Assembly (NCBI GenBank): GCA_016717305.1
Contig: JADKFY010000002.1
Location: 189,812-253,811 of the forward strand
Source: Flavobacteriales bacterium
GTDB lineage: Bacteria > Bacteroidota > Bacteroidia > Flavobacteriales_F > PHOS-HE28
Direction of reading: 5' to 3'
Length of the DNA: 64,000 nucleotides
Position numbers and translations under genes: made by a program. Positions 27,887-37,716 of this stretch are shown here, piece by piece (within the stretch, counting starts at the first letter, position 1; every line of letters starts with the position of its first letter). The notes beneath the pieces are model-generated. The model made no database searches. It worked only from the letters and a program-made list of their open reading frames with translations, and was not told the DNA's origin.

Positions 27887-28552
27887 CTATTTCAAAACTT
27901 CTGGCATTTCCCTCTTGAAACGCTCGAACCGCGGGATCGAAACTCCCCTCACGTAACCTTCATTGGGGTGAAGGCGAACGTAGTTCTGGTGATAGTCTTC
28001 GGCGGGCCAGAATTTCTCGAAGGATACCACTTGCGTCACGATCGGTGAAGTGTATTTCCCTGAAGCGTCCAGTTCCTTGATCATGCTTTCGATCACGCCT
28101 TTCTCTTCTTGGTTCTGGTAAAAAGCGATGGAACGGTACTGGGCGCCGGCATCAGGACCCTGCCGGTCCTTTGTAGTAGGGTCTTGACTGTTGAAGAAGA
28201 CTTTTAATAGTGTTGTATAGCTCACGACTTCGGGATCATAGAACACCTCTACGGCCTCGGCGTGGCCTGTACTCCCGCTACCGACTTGTTGGTAAGTTGG
28301 GTTCTTTTCAGTTCCGCCGGAATATCCGGATACAGCCTCCTTAACGCCCTTCACGCTTTCAAACACCTCTTCAACGCACCAAAAGCAGCCACTTGCGAAG
28401 TAGGCGGTACTCGATCCAGAAAGGTCTTGTGGGCTTTCGTTGATCAGGGTTGTATCCTGAACATTTCTGCTGGATAAAGGGTTCGTGCTGTTCGGGATGC
28501 AGGAGAATAGCAGGGCTATAGGCAGGATCAACATGCTTGTCATCGGTTTCAT
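27887..28552 (-). CDS. msrA: peptide-methionine (S)-S-oxide reductase MsrA with signal peptide
   Basis: GCFWCVEEVF active-site motif, GYSGG, GHAEAVEVFYDP and YHQNY. Confidence 0.9.
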   Translation of the reverse strand: MKPMTSMLILPIALLFSCIPNSTNPLSSRNVQDTTLINESPQDLSGSSTAYFASGCFWCVEEVFESVKGVKEAVSGYSGGTEKNPTYQQVGSGSTGHAEAVEVFYDPEVVSYTTLLKVFFNSQDPTTKDRQGPDAGAQYRSIAFYQNQEEKGVIESMIKELDASGKYTSPIVTQVVSFEKFWPAEDYHQNYVRLHPNEGYVRGVSIPRFERFKREMPEVLK

Positions 28553-28894
28553 TGTGTAAAGGTCGTGATCACATCAATTACCTGACGTATCTACGATCGG
28601 GACCTTGGAACGGATCGTTACAACTGATCAATTCGTGGCTGCAGGTGCTACTGAACGACGGTCTTTCGTGATGCTCTTCAGGTGGGTCAGGTATTTTTCA
28701 AGGATCAAAGTCCGTATCATTCGACACCTTGGTAATAGGATCCGGCCCCTGTGTTGATAAAAGGAGGGTATGCAAAGTGTCGTTTTCCGGAGCATAACCT
28801 GTAACATTGTGTCTCCACGATGAACTCATTGTTGATCCGGGCCTTTTTTGAAGGGTGTGGGTCACTCTTTCAATTTACCAACTCCAATAATTTG

Positions 28895-31800
28895 ATGGAA
28901 CGCATATCGACTCTCTTCAAGCCCTTCCTGAACCTACTGCTCTTGACGTTTTTGGGTGTTTCCTCCCTGACAGCACAGTCACTAACGGCGTTACAGGATG
29001 AGAGTTGTGGATTCGACCAGCGGCACAAGGAACTACTAAGGACCGATCCTCGTTATCGGCAGCAAGTGCAGGAATTCGACGCATTGGTGCGAAATTTCGA
29101 CGTTAGTGGAAAGAGGGGTGGCGGTACCTTGACCGTACCAGTGGTGGTTCACGTTATGGAAACCGGAACAGCGATCACTGCGATCACTGACGAACAAGTG
29201 CGCAATGGCATCCGCTGGTTGAACGAACGTTACCGCAAAGTGCCCGGTACATTGGGAGATGGCAACGGAGTGGACATCAACATGGAGTTCGCTTTGGCCG
29301 TTCGCGACCCGAGCGGCAATTGCACCAACGGTATCACGAGGCGCGATATGACCGGCAATGCCACGTACATGGCCAACGGGGTTTTCAGTGACGTCTCGGG
29401 AATTTCCGATGCCTCGTTGAAGCTCTTGGATGTTTGGCCACAAACGCAGTACTACAACATTTGGCTGATCTCCGAATTCGACAACAACAACGGTGGTGGT
29501 GGGGTACAGGGCTATGCATTTTTCAGCAGCAGCCATGGCCAGCCGAATGACGGTACGGTAATGTTGGTGAATGCGTACAAGAACCCACAGGGCATCACCT
29601 TGGCGCATGAGCTGGGCCATGCCTTCAACGTGTACCACACTTTTGAAGGCGATGCTGGTGGAACGGGTTGTCCTACCAATGGGAATTGCATTTCCGATGG
29701 TGACCAAGTTTGCGATACGCCACCGCACATCCGCAGCAACAGCGATTGCAACTTCAGCGGAACCAATGGATGCGATGGTGGATCCGCGATCTCGCTTTTC
29801 AAGAACAACTACATGGATTACTCTGGCGACCAATGCCAGAACATGTTCACGGCAGGACAGAACACGCGCATTCAAGCAGCCATTTCCGGACCACGGGCAT
29901 CCTTCCTGGCTGTGAATGGCAACATGGCGTTGGTTCCACCGGGCGCCCCAATGTTGGACTTTGTTGCTTCAACCGCATTGATGTGCGGCACAGGGCAGAG
30001 TGTTCAGTTGTTCGATAAGTCCTCGTGCATCCCGAACACCTTCATCGCGGGTACCGGCCTATCGGGGATCACCTTCTCTTGGTCCATCACCAACGGGACG
30101 GAAACGCATGTGTCAACCCAACAGAATCCGGTCTTCACATTGAACAGCGCCGGTGTGTACAACGCTACTGTAAGTATTACGACCGGGCTTGGTACCTATA
30201 CTCGCACGGAACAAGGGGTCGTGGTGGTAACAGCGGCCCCGGTAGCTGCGTGCACGCCCACGTCGACCAACGAATGCAATTGTGCGAATACGGTGAACAA
30301 CGTGGTCTTCAACACTATTTCAAACGCAACAAGTTCTTCGGTGAATGTTGCCTATACGGACTTTTCCTGCTCACAGAACACGATTGTTGCCGTTGGAAGT
30401 ACGTATTCTCTAGCGGTTTCTCTTCGAGGCGGTGGCAGCGGTGCTGAATCATTGAACGCATATATCGATTACAACAATAACGGGGTCTTTGAGGATCCAA
30501 GTGAACGGGTCGCTTCGGGTTCACAACCGGCCAGCTCTTCGGGCACCATCATGGCCAACGTCACTATTCCGGGAACTGCAGTAACCAATACGTTGTTACG
30601 CATGCGCATCTATGGCGAGGCGGGTACCCTAAGCGCAAGCGAACGCGCGTGCGGGTCAGCTTTCTTCATTGGGGATGTGGAGGATTACGGCGTGTACATT
30701 TCCAACACTGTTGCAGCGTTGAGTATTGCGGCGGCACCGGGTAATACGATCACTTATGGAACATCGGTCACCTTCACCCCTGCACCGGTGAATGGAGGTG
30801 GTGCTCCCGTGTACTCCTGGTTGCGCAACGGGGTCGATGTTGGAACAAGTGCAACCTACGTGAGCAACAACCTTCTCCCCGGTGAAACGATCCAATGTTC
30901 CATGGCCTCCAATTTGGCTGGTGTGATCAGCTCGCCAGCGCTGTCCAATACCGTTACCATGGTTGTTACAGGTCCTCCTTTGTCCGAATTCAATGGAAGC
31001 ACGACGCAACTATGCGCAGGAAGTAGTGTGACGTTCACCGATGCATCCTTGCTTAGCCCCACCTCGTGGTCATGGAGTTTTCCCGGTGGTACACCATCCA
31101 ACTCAACGGCGCAGAACCCGGTTGTTTCCTATGCAAGTCCGGGCACGTACAACGTAACGTTGATCGCATCCAACGGGAATGGCACCGGAACTACGAATAC
31201 GAAGACGGCCTACGTCCACGTACTTGCTGTGCCCACTTCGGGTTGTTCGGTAACGCGCACCAACACCCCCACAGCGGGTATTGGGATCACCAACGTGCAA
31301 CTGAACACGATCAACAAGACCACGGTATACAACGGTGCGGTCATGAACGATTACACGTGCTCCGATGTAACAACATTGAGCGCAAATACGGTTTACGCCA
31401 TCTCTGTAACGGTGGGCGGCTCCAACGATCAATGGGTTCGGGCCTATATCGACTACAATAACGACGGTGATTTCGTGGATGCTGGAGAGCAGATCTTCGC
31501 ACCGGCGGCGGGGCGAGGTGCGCGCAGCGGAACGTTCACCACAAATGCATCGCCTACCTACGGGTCGTTAATGCGTTTGCGCGTGATCTCCGATTTCGTG
31601 AACACAACAGCGGGCCCTTGTACTTCTCCAGTTCACTATGGTCAGGTGGAAGAGTACGGTGTCGTTTTCTCGGCACCTGCGGGCATTCAGGTTTCGGCAA
31701 GGGCCTTTTTGGAAGGACCCTACAAGGTTTCCACAGGACTTATGAGCGATACGCTGCGTCAATTGGCTCTTGTACCAGCATTGGAGCCGTACACGAACTT

Positions 31801-32428
31801 GGGTTACTCCTTTAGTGGTGGTGGCGGGGAGACCGTTGCTCCTGCTGTACTAGCGGTAACGGGCGGCAATGCGATCGTGGATTGGGTGGTGTTGGAATTG
31901 CGCGACAATGCAACGCCGACCACGGTGTTGGCAAGTCGAAGTGCGTTGCTCCAACGCGATGGTGATGTGGTGGGCTTGGATGGAACCTCTGCCCTCAGTT
32001 TCGGGCTACCGGCCGCCAGCTACCACGTAGCCGTATTGCACAGGAACCACCTTCCGATCATGACCCTGACACCGGTGGCCTTGAGTGCGTCACCAGCCAC
32101 CGTGGACTTCACCGTAATTTCCACAGTGACCTATGGCACTGGAGCGCGCAAAAGCTTTGCTGGGGCGTTCTCCACGGAAGCCCTTTGGGCCGGCGATGTG
32201 AATTTCGACCGCACGTTGAAGTACACCAACCAATTCAACGACCGTGACCTTATACTGGTCGAGATCGGTGGTACGGTCGCCACCAATACGGTAGCGGGGT
32301 ATCTGCCTACCGACGTCAATTTGGACGGTGTTGTCAAATACACCAATATCTACAACGACCGCGACATCATCCTGGTGAACATCGGTGGAACTGTTGCAAC
32401 CAATACGAGGGTCGCGCAAATGCCGTGA
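28895..32428 (+). CDS. M43 (pappalysin/cytophagalysin-like) zinc metalloprotease with PKD, GEVED-like and dockerin-like C-terminal modules
   Basis: Start at ATG 28895 (signal LLLLTFLGVSSLTAQ). HELGHAFNVYHTF at 29606 onward. PKD-like WSWSFPGGTPS...GTYNVTL. GDVEDYGV and GQVEEYGV motifs. Two DVN(F/L)D...KYTN..NDRD.ILV.IGG repeats at the C terminus. Confidence 0.8.
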   Translation: MERISTLFKPFLNLLLLTFLGVSSLTAQSLTALQDESCGFDQRHKELLRTDPRYRQQVQEFDALVRNFDVSGKRGGGTLTVPVVVHVMETGTAITAITDEQVRNGIRWLNERYRKVPGTLGDGNGVDINMEFALAVRDPSGNCTNGITRRDMTGNATYMANGVFSDVSGISDASLKLLDVWPQTQYYNIWLISEFDNNNGGGGVQGYAFFSSSHGQPNDGTVMLVNAYKNPQGITLAHELGHAFNVYHTFEGDAGGTGCPTNGNCISDGDQVCDTPPHIRSNSDCNFSGTNGCDGGSAISLFKNNYMDYSGDQCQNMFTAGQNTRIQAAISGPRASFLAVNGNMALVPPGAPMLDFVASTALMCGTGQSVQLFDKSSCIPNTFIAGTGLSGITFSWSITNGTETHVSTQQNPVFTLNSAGVYNATVSITTGLGTYTRTEQGVVVVTAAPVAACTPTSTNECNCANTVNNVVFNTISNATSSSVNVAYTDFSCSQNTIVAVGSTYSLAVSLRGGGSGAESLNAYIDYNNNGVFEDPSERVASGSQPASSSGTIMANVTIPGTAVTNTLLRMRIYGEAGTLSASERACGSAFFIGDVEDYGVYISNTVAALSIAAAPGNTITYGTSVTFTPAPVNGGGAPVYSWLRNGVDVGTSATYVSNNLLPGETIQCSMASNLAGVISSPALSNTVTMVVTGPPLSEFNGSTTQLCAGSSVTFTDASLLSPTSWSWSFPGGTPSNSTAQNPVVSYASPGTYNVTLIASNGNGTGTTNTKTAYVHVLAVPTSGCSVTRTNTPTAGIGITNVQLNTINKTTVYNGAVMNDYTCSDVTTLSANTVYAISVTVGGSNDQWVRAYIDYNNDGDFVDAGEQIFAPAAGRGARSGTFTTNASPTYGSLMRLRVISDFVNTTAGPCTSPVHYGQVEEYGVVFSAPAGIQVSARAFLEGPYKVSTGLMSDTLRQLALVPALEPYTNLGYSFSGGGGETVAPAVLAVTGGNAIVDWVVLELRDNATPTTVLASRSALLQRDGDVVGLDGTSALSFGLPAASYHVAVLHRNHLPIMTLTPVALSASPATVDFTVISTVTYGTGARKSFAGAFSTEALWAGDVNFDRTLKYTNQFNDRDLILVEIGGTVATNTVAGYLPTDVNLDGVVKYTNIYNDRDIILVNIGGTVATNTRVAQMP

Positions 32429-32466
32429 TCCGAGGTAGATCCCGCACGGCCATTCGTTGCGTAACG

Positions 32467-32519
32467 ATCATTTACAAGGAAGCCTCGTTCAATTTGAACG
32501 AGGCTTCCTTGTAAATGAT
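32467..32519. terminator. 53-bp perfect palindrome between convergent genes, likely a bidirectional terminator
   Basis: atcatttacaaggaagcctcgttcaa (32467-32492), t, ttgaacgaggcttccttgtaaatgat (32494-32519). Arms are 26 nt with no mismatch. A/T-rich flanks on both sides. Confidence 0.7.
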
Positions 32520-32530
32520 GATGTCAAGGG

Positions 32531-34516
32531 CTACTTGCTCTTCCGTTCCTTTTTCGGGAACTTCGGTTTAGGCTCGTAAAAGCCTTCCTTCTTTTGGAAT
32601 CCGCCGCGATCGTTGCCCTTGTATCCACCACGATCGGCAACACCTTCGGACTTGCCTTTGTATCCACCGCGATCTGGCGCTCCTTCGGACTTGCCTTTGT
32701 AGCCGCCACGATCAGCACCACCTTCGGAGTTACCCTTGTAGCCACCGCCGCCACTGCCCTTATAGCCACCGCGATCGCCGCCACCTTTGTAGCCACCACC
32801 GCCGGCATTGCCTTTGTAACCACCACCGCCTCGGTGTCCTTCACCACCACTACTGCGGGGTTTATCCGAGCGTGGACCACTGCCTCCACCTGCACCTCCG
32901 GCGGATTCGTCCACACGAACGCTGCGCCCTTTGTAGTTGGCGTTGTTGAAGGAATTCTTCACTTGCTCAAAATGGTCCGGCTCAATATCGACGAAGGAAT
33001 ACACGTCCTTGATCAACATGCGTCCGATCAGTTCTCCGCTCAAACCGCTCATGCCACAGATGTAACCGAGCATCTTGCCCTTGTCGAAACCGTCCGCGGT
33101 GCCCAAGTTGATGAACATCTGCCGACCCGTACTGAACCGTTCTGCTGAGGATGGACGCTCTGCACGGGCACTGTGGTCCTTGCGGCTCATGTCCACGTTC
33201 AGGTCGTAGGACGTACGATGCTGTTCAATGATCCGGTTGAAGGCCATGCTCATGAAGCGATCGATCAACTCTTCCTTGCTGAAGGCATCCAGCTCGGCCC
33301 GCGCTTCGGAAAGCAATTCGGAAAGGCCCTCTTCGTCCACCTCCACGCTCTTCAACTTCTTCATGTAGGCAACCACCTGTTGCTTCCCGATCTCAGCACC
33401 ACCTGGCACTCGTACGAAGGTGAAGTGGGTCTTCAGTACCCGTTCCAATTGGCGCACCTTGTTCACATCGCGCACACCAATAATGCTCAGCGATATACCG
33501 CTGCTCCCCGCCCGTCCGGTGCGGCCACTTCGGTGGGTGTAGTTCTCTGCCTCACCGGGTAGGTCGAAATGGATCACGTGGGTCACATCGCGCACATCGA
33601 TCCCGCGCGCCGCCACGTCCGTAGCGATCAACAGGCGAATGGTATGAGCGCGGTAACGGCCCATCACATGGTCGCGTTGGGCTTGGCTCAGGTCCCCGTG
33701 GATCGCATCGGCGTTGTAGCCATCGCGCACCAAGGCGGCGGCAAGGTCCTGTGTTTCATGCTTGGTACGGCAGAACACGATCCCGAAAAGATCAGGATCC
33801 GCATCGATAAAACGCTTCAATGCGGAAAAGCGGTCCTTTGAATGCACAACAGCATATTGGTGCTGGATGGCCTCAGCGGTAACGGTCGAACGGTCGATGC
33901 TGACCTCTTCGAATTCTCGCATGTAACGCTTCGCGATGCGGCGCACTTCGCTGCTCATCGTAGCGCTGAAGAGCCATGTACGCTTGTCGGGAGGTGTGGT
34001 CTGAAGGATCTCGGTCAAGTCCTCCTGAAAGCCCATGTTCAGCATTTCGTCGGCCTCGTCCAATACCACCACATCAACGGTTGAAAGATCCACTGCCTTC
34101 CGTCCCAGAAGGTCCAAAAGACGTCCTGGGGTTGCCACGATGATCTGGGCACCGCGTTGGATATCGCGCATTTGGTCACGAATGCTGGCTCCGCCGTACA
34201 CCGCAACAATGCGGGTTCCTTTCAAATTGGTCGCGAATTTTTCGACGTCCTTACTGATCTGGACGCACAGTTCACGGGTAGGTGCCAGGATCAGACCTTG
34301 GATGCTACGGTCTTGTGGGTCAAGGAACTCCAGCATGGGAAGACCGAAAGCGGCGGTTTTGCCGGTTCCGGTCTGGGCGAGGGCCACCACGTCCTTTTCC
34401 GACTTCAGCATCAGGGGGATCGCCTTTTCCTGAACGGGGGTAGGGGTGGTAAAGCCGATTTCGGCGAGTGACTTGAGCAGTTCAGGTCGGAGACCGAGGT
34501 CTTCAAAAGAGGACAT
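32531..34516 (-). CDS. deaD: DEAD-box ATP-dependent RNA helicase (DeaD/CsdA-like) with DbpA-type RNA-binding domain and a Gly/Tyr/Lys/Arg-rich repeat tail
   Basis: AQTGTGKTAAF (motif I), DEAD, SAT and HRSGRTGRAG motifs. The last 135 aa or so consist of GGYKG repeats. Confidence 0.9.
   Translation of the reverse strand: MSSFEDLGLRPELLKSLAEIGFTTPTPVQEKAIPLMLKSEKDVVALAQTGTGKTAAFGLPMLEFLDPQDRSIQGLILAPTRELCVQISKDVEKFATNLKGTRIVAVYGGASIRDQMRDIQRGAQIIVATPGRLLDLLGRKAVDLSTVDVVVLDEADEMLNMGFQEDLTEILQTTPPDKRTWLFSATMSSEVRRIAKRYMREFEEVSIDRSTVTAEAIQHQYAVVHSKDRFSALKRFIDADPDLFGIVFCRTKHETQDLAAALVRDGYNADAIHGDLSQAQRDHVMGRYRAHTIRLLIATDVAARGIDVRDVTHVIHFDLPGEAENYTHRSGRTGRAGSSGISLSIIGVRDVNKVRQLERVLKTHFTFVRVPGGAEIGKQQVVAYMKKLKSVEVDEEGLSELLSEARAELDAFSKEELIDRFMSMAFNRIIEQHRTSYDLNVDMSRKDHSARAERPSSAERFSTGRQMFINLGTADGFDKGKMLGYICGMSGLSGELIGRMLIKDVYSFVDIEPDHFEQVKNSFNNANYKGRSVRVDESAGGAGGGSGPRSDKPRSSGGEGHRGGGGYKGNAGGGGYKGGGDRGGYKGSGGGGYKGNSEGGADRGGYKGKSEGAPDRGGYKGKSEGVADRGGYKGNDRGGFQKKEGFYEPKPKFPKKERKSK
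32601..32860 (-). repeat. in-frame degenerate tandem repeats (39-nt units and shorter) encoding (D/E)RGGYKG(K/N)SEG units
   Basis: The forward strand shows repeated ccttt-gta-(t/g)cc-acc-(a/g)cg-atc...ccttcgga blocks. They translate to GGYKGKSEGAPDR / GGYKGKSEGVADR / GGYKGNSEGGADR. Confidence 0.8.
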
Positions 34517-34632
34517 ATGCGAAGGGGGACTTGGAAGGAAAATGCCCGCAGTTTGGCGGGCGGAATGGCGCTACCATGGTGGGCAGGCGGGCGCGAAGGT
34601 ACGGCGATCCAGTGGGGGGCGTGTGGTGGAAC

Positions 34633-34640
34633 TATCTTTG
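34633..34640 (+). promoter_or_regulatory. candidate Bacteroidota -7 promoter box (TAnnTTTG)
   Basis: tatctttg is an exact match to TAnnTTTG, 12 nt upstream of ATG 34652. This is a single motif hit, so weak. Confidence 0.3.
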
Positions 34641-34651
34641 GCCGCTTCTGA

Positions 34652-34900
34652 ATGACCATATTGGAAGCGAGTGTTCCCGGTACGTTACGTACGATCCTGT
34701 GGCTTATGGCCGCCTGGTGGGTCATTCGCATGATCATGCGCTATTCCTCGCGGAATAGAACGGCCAATGCGGCACAACGAACAAATGAGGTCCCACGACC
34801 CAAAGGCGAGGTCCGCATAGAGAACGTTCCACCGCCCGAGAAGAACAGCACCACAACGAACGGCACCATCTCCGATGCCGATTTCGAAGAGATCAAGTAG
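34652..34900 (+). CDS. DUF4834-like small membrane protein
   Basis: 82 aa with an N-terminal TM (ILWLMAAWWVIRMIM), a basic linker and an acidic tail ending DADFEEIK, as in DUF4834. Confidence 0.7.
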   Translation: MTILEASVPGTLRTILWLMAAWWVIRMIMRYSSRNRTANAAQRTNEVPRPKGEVRIENVPPPEKNSTTTNGTISDADFEEIK

Positions 34901-34912
34901 ACCACCTCGCCC

Positions 34913-37716
34913 ATGAACACCTTCAACTGGAAACGTCTATTGCCCGTATTTGCGGCCATCGCCTTGTTCTACACGTTGAGCTTGGTTTACTTCAGTCCGG
35001 TGCTGGAGGGCAAGAAATTGGTCCAAAGCGATATCAAGAACTGGCAGGGTATGGCCCAGGAAGTAGCCGAGCACCGCGCCGAGTTCGATGAGGAACCCTT
35101 GTGGACCGGTAGCATGTTCAGCGGCATGCCCGCCTACCAGATCTTCGTGCAATGGCCGAGCAACCTGCTGCTCAAGGTGGATAAGGTCTTCCGTGGGTTC
35201 CTGCCGCGCCCCGCTGATTTCCTCTTTCTGTACTTGATGGGCATGTTCATTTTGCTCCTCTGCTTGCGGGTGGACCCTTGGCTCGCCATTGTGGGTGCCG
35301 TGGCCTTTGGCTTTTCATCGTACTTCTTCGTGATCCTGGAAGCGGGCCACACCAGCAAGGCGAACGCGATCGGGTATATGCCTATGGTCTTGGGCGCCAT
35401 GCACATGCTGTACAGAAGGCGGCTCTTGTTGGGCGGTGCACTGTTGGCCCTGTTCATGGGCTTGGAAATATCCACGAACCACGTGCAGGTCACTTATTAT
35501 TTGGGGATCCTCTTGTTGCTGTTCGCGCTGGCTGAAGGGGTTCGCGCTATTCGGGAGAAGCAGTTGCCCGATTTCCTGAAGCGTTCCGGCGTTGGGCTTG
35601 TCGCAGTGATCTTGGGCTTGGCATGCAATGTCGGCATGCTATGGACCACCTACGAATATGGAAAGCTGACCACCCGCGGCCAGAGCGAGCTCACAATTCG
35701 CAGTGATGGTTCTTCTGCGGAAGACATCCGTACCGAAGGGTTGGACCGCGATTATGTGACCGATTGGAGCTACGGCAAGTCGGAATCATTGACCTTGTTG
35801 GTCCCCGATGCAAAGGGTGGGGCCACAAGTGCTTTGGCCAACCACCCGGAGGCCCTGTCCGGATTGGATCAACGCTACCGGCAGAACATCGGCCAAATGA
35901 ACGCCTATTGGGGCGATCAACGGTTCACCAGTGGTCCCGTGTACTTGGGCGCGATCGTGGTCCTGCTCATGTTGTTGATGCTTGTGCGCACCGAAGCCCA
36001 TGGTCGTTGGTGGCTCTTGGCATCGGTTCCAGTTGTAGCCGCATTGATCGGGATCAACGACCCCATGCTTTCCGGGGCCTTGGTCATCGTGTACCTGCTC
36101 GCTGGCCTTTGGTTGATGAGGGATACGCTCACCTATGCCTTGTTCGGTGCACTTTTTCTGACCCTCTTACTTTCTTGGGGAAGGAATTTGATGCCTTTGA
36201 CGGATTTCTTCCTGACCACATTCCGGGTTATGATAAATTCCGAGCGGTCACTATCATCCTCGTTATTGTAGAGTTGGCAGCGCCCGTATTGGCGGTGCTC
36301 TACTTGGACCGTTTCATCCGAGATGGAGGGTGGGACAAGATCATCGAGCGCAAGTCGCTGATCACCATGGGTGTGGTTTTGGTATTGCTCCTGGCCATGG
36401 CGGTCACTCCGAATTTGTTCAGCGATTTCATAAGCACTCAAGAGCGCGAAGCATTCAACGAGCAGATCGATTCACAACCTCAAGCGGAAGCCCAGATAAT
36501 CGCAGGTGTGGAGCAACTCAAGCTTGCTCGTCAACACATCTTCACGTCCGATGCATGGCGCAGTTTTGCTTTCGTCCTTGCAGGTTCGGTGCTGTTGTTC
36601 CTGTTCGGAAGAAGGAAGATCGGTAAACCGGTCCTGTTGGGTGTTTTGGGTGTTTTGGTGCTGCTTGACCTATGGACAGTGGATAAGCGTTACGTGAACA
36701 ACGAGAAGGACAGAGGGCGCTACATGGCTTGGGAAGAAGTGAACGCGAACAAGTTCCCGTTCCAAGCCAACGCCGCGGACAAAGCGATCATGGAAGCGGA
36801 ATGGACCCCTGCCGCCGAAGCTGACCTGAAGACTACTATGGACCGGTTGAAAGCTGAACGTGCCCATGAAAGTGGACGGGACAAAATGGTGCTTCCCGAA
36901 GAAGAGATGTTGGCGCGCTACGGAAGCCTTCGTCGGAATTCGGACTACCGCGTGCTCAATCTGAACAATCCGTTCCAAGATGCGCGTGTGAGCTACTTCC
37001 ACAAGAGCTTGGGTGGTTACCACGGCGCCAAGCTGAAGAAGTACCAAGACCTGATCGAATTCCATTTGGGACCGGCTATTCAGCGCATCGGCACGGCGTT
37101 GCAAAGTGGTTCCATCGCTACGGTGGACAGCGCCTTGGCACAGGAAGGCGTATTGAACATGTTGAATACGCGCTACATGATCTACAACCCGGAGCGCCCG
37201 CCGATCCGCAATGTGAACGCGCTCGGTAGTGCATGGTTCGTGGAAGAAGTGAAATGGGCGAAGAATGCGGATGAGGAGATCGTGCAACTCGGGACGATCG
37301 ACCCCGCCACTACAGCATTGATCGATGAGCGTTACCGCGAGGCACTTGGGACCACCAAGGCGTCTGCGGATCCTTCAGCCAACGTAAGCTTGGACGAGTA
37401 CCGCACCAACAAGCTCACCTACACGGTCAACTCGAGCAATGGGGGCGTAGTGGTCTTCAGCGAGATCTGGTACGGACCTGATTGGCAAGCTACTTTGGAC
37501 GGCAAACCAGTGGACTACGCGCGTGCCGATTACGTGCTGCGCGCCATGGCCGTACCTCCCGGAGATCACACGGTCGTTTTCTCAGTGGTGGGTAAGGCCT
37601 ACAACGCCTCACAAGGGATCGCCTTGGCGAGCAGTGCTTTGTTGATCCTGCTCGTTTTGGGTGCGCTGTTCATGGAAGTGAAGCGCACAATGCGGGATCC
37701 CGAGGCCGAGGCCTGA
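34913..37716 (+). pseudogene. YfhO-like polytopic membrane protein (putative GT-C-type glycosyltransferase), split by a 1-nt deletion
   Basis: ORF 34913..36271 (…SDIKNWQGMAQE…LWTGSMFSGMPAYQI…) and the in-frame part of ORF 35764..37716 join as ...LMPLTDFFL/DHIPGYDKFRAVT... if one base is added near 36212-36216. Confidence 0.8.

Noticed and set aside
32601-32860. Regular short repeats that could be mistaken for a CRISPR array or a non-coding VNTR.
   Set aside because: The units are contiguous with no unique spacers. They are in frame with the DEAD-box helicase and translate to a coherent GGYKG repeat tail.
35764-36210. First 150 aa or so of track ORF 35764..37716 (MELRQVGIIDLVGPRCKGW...).
   Set aside because: This is an out-of-frame overlap with the N-terminal half of the YfhO-like gene. 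It is Arg/Gly/Pro-rich with no membrane helices. Only the part after about 36214 belongs to the protein.
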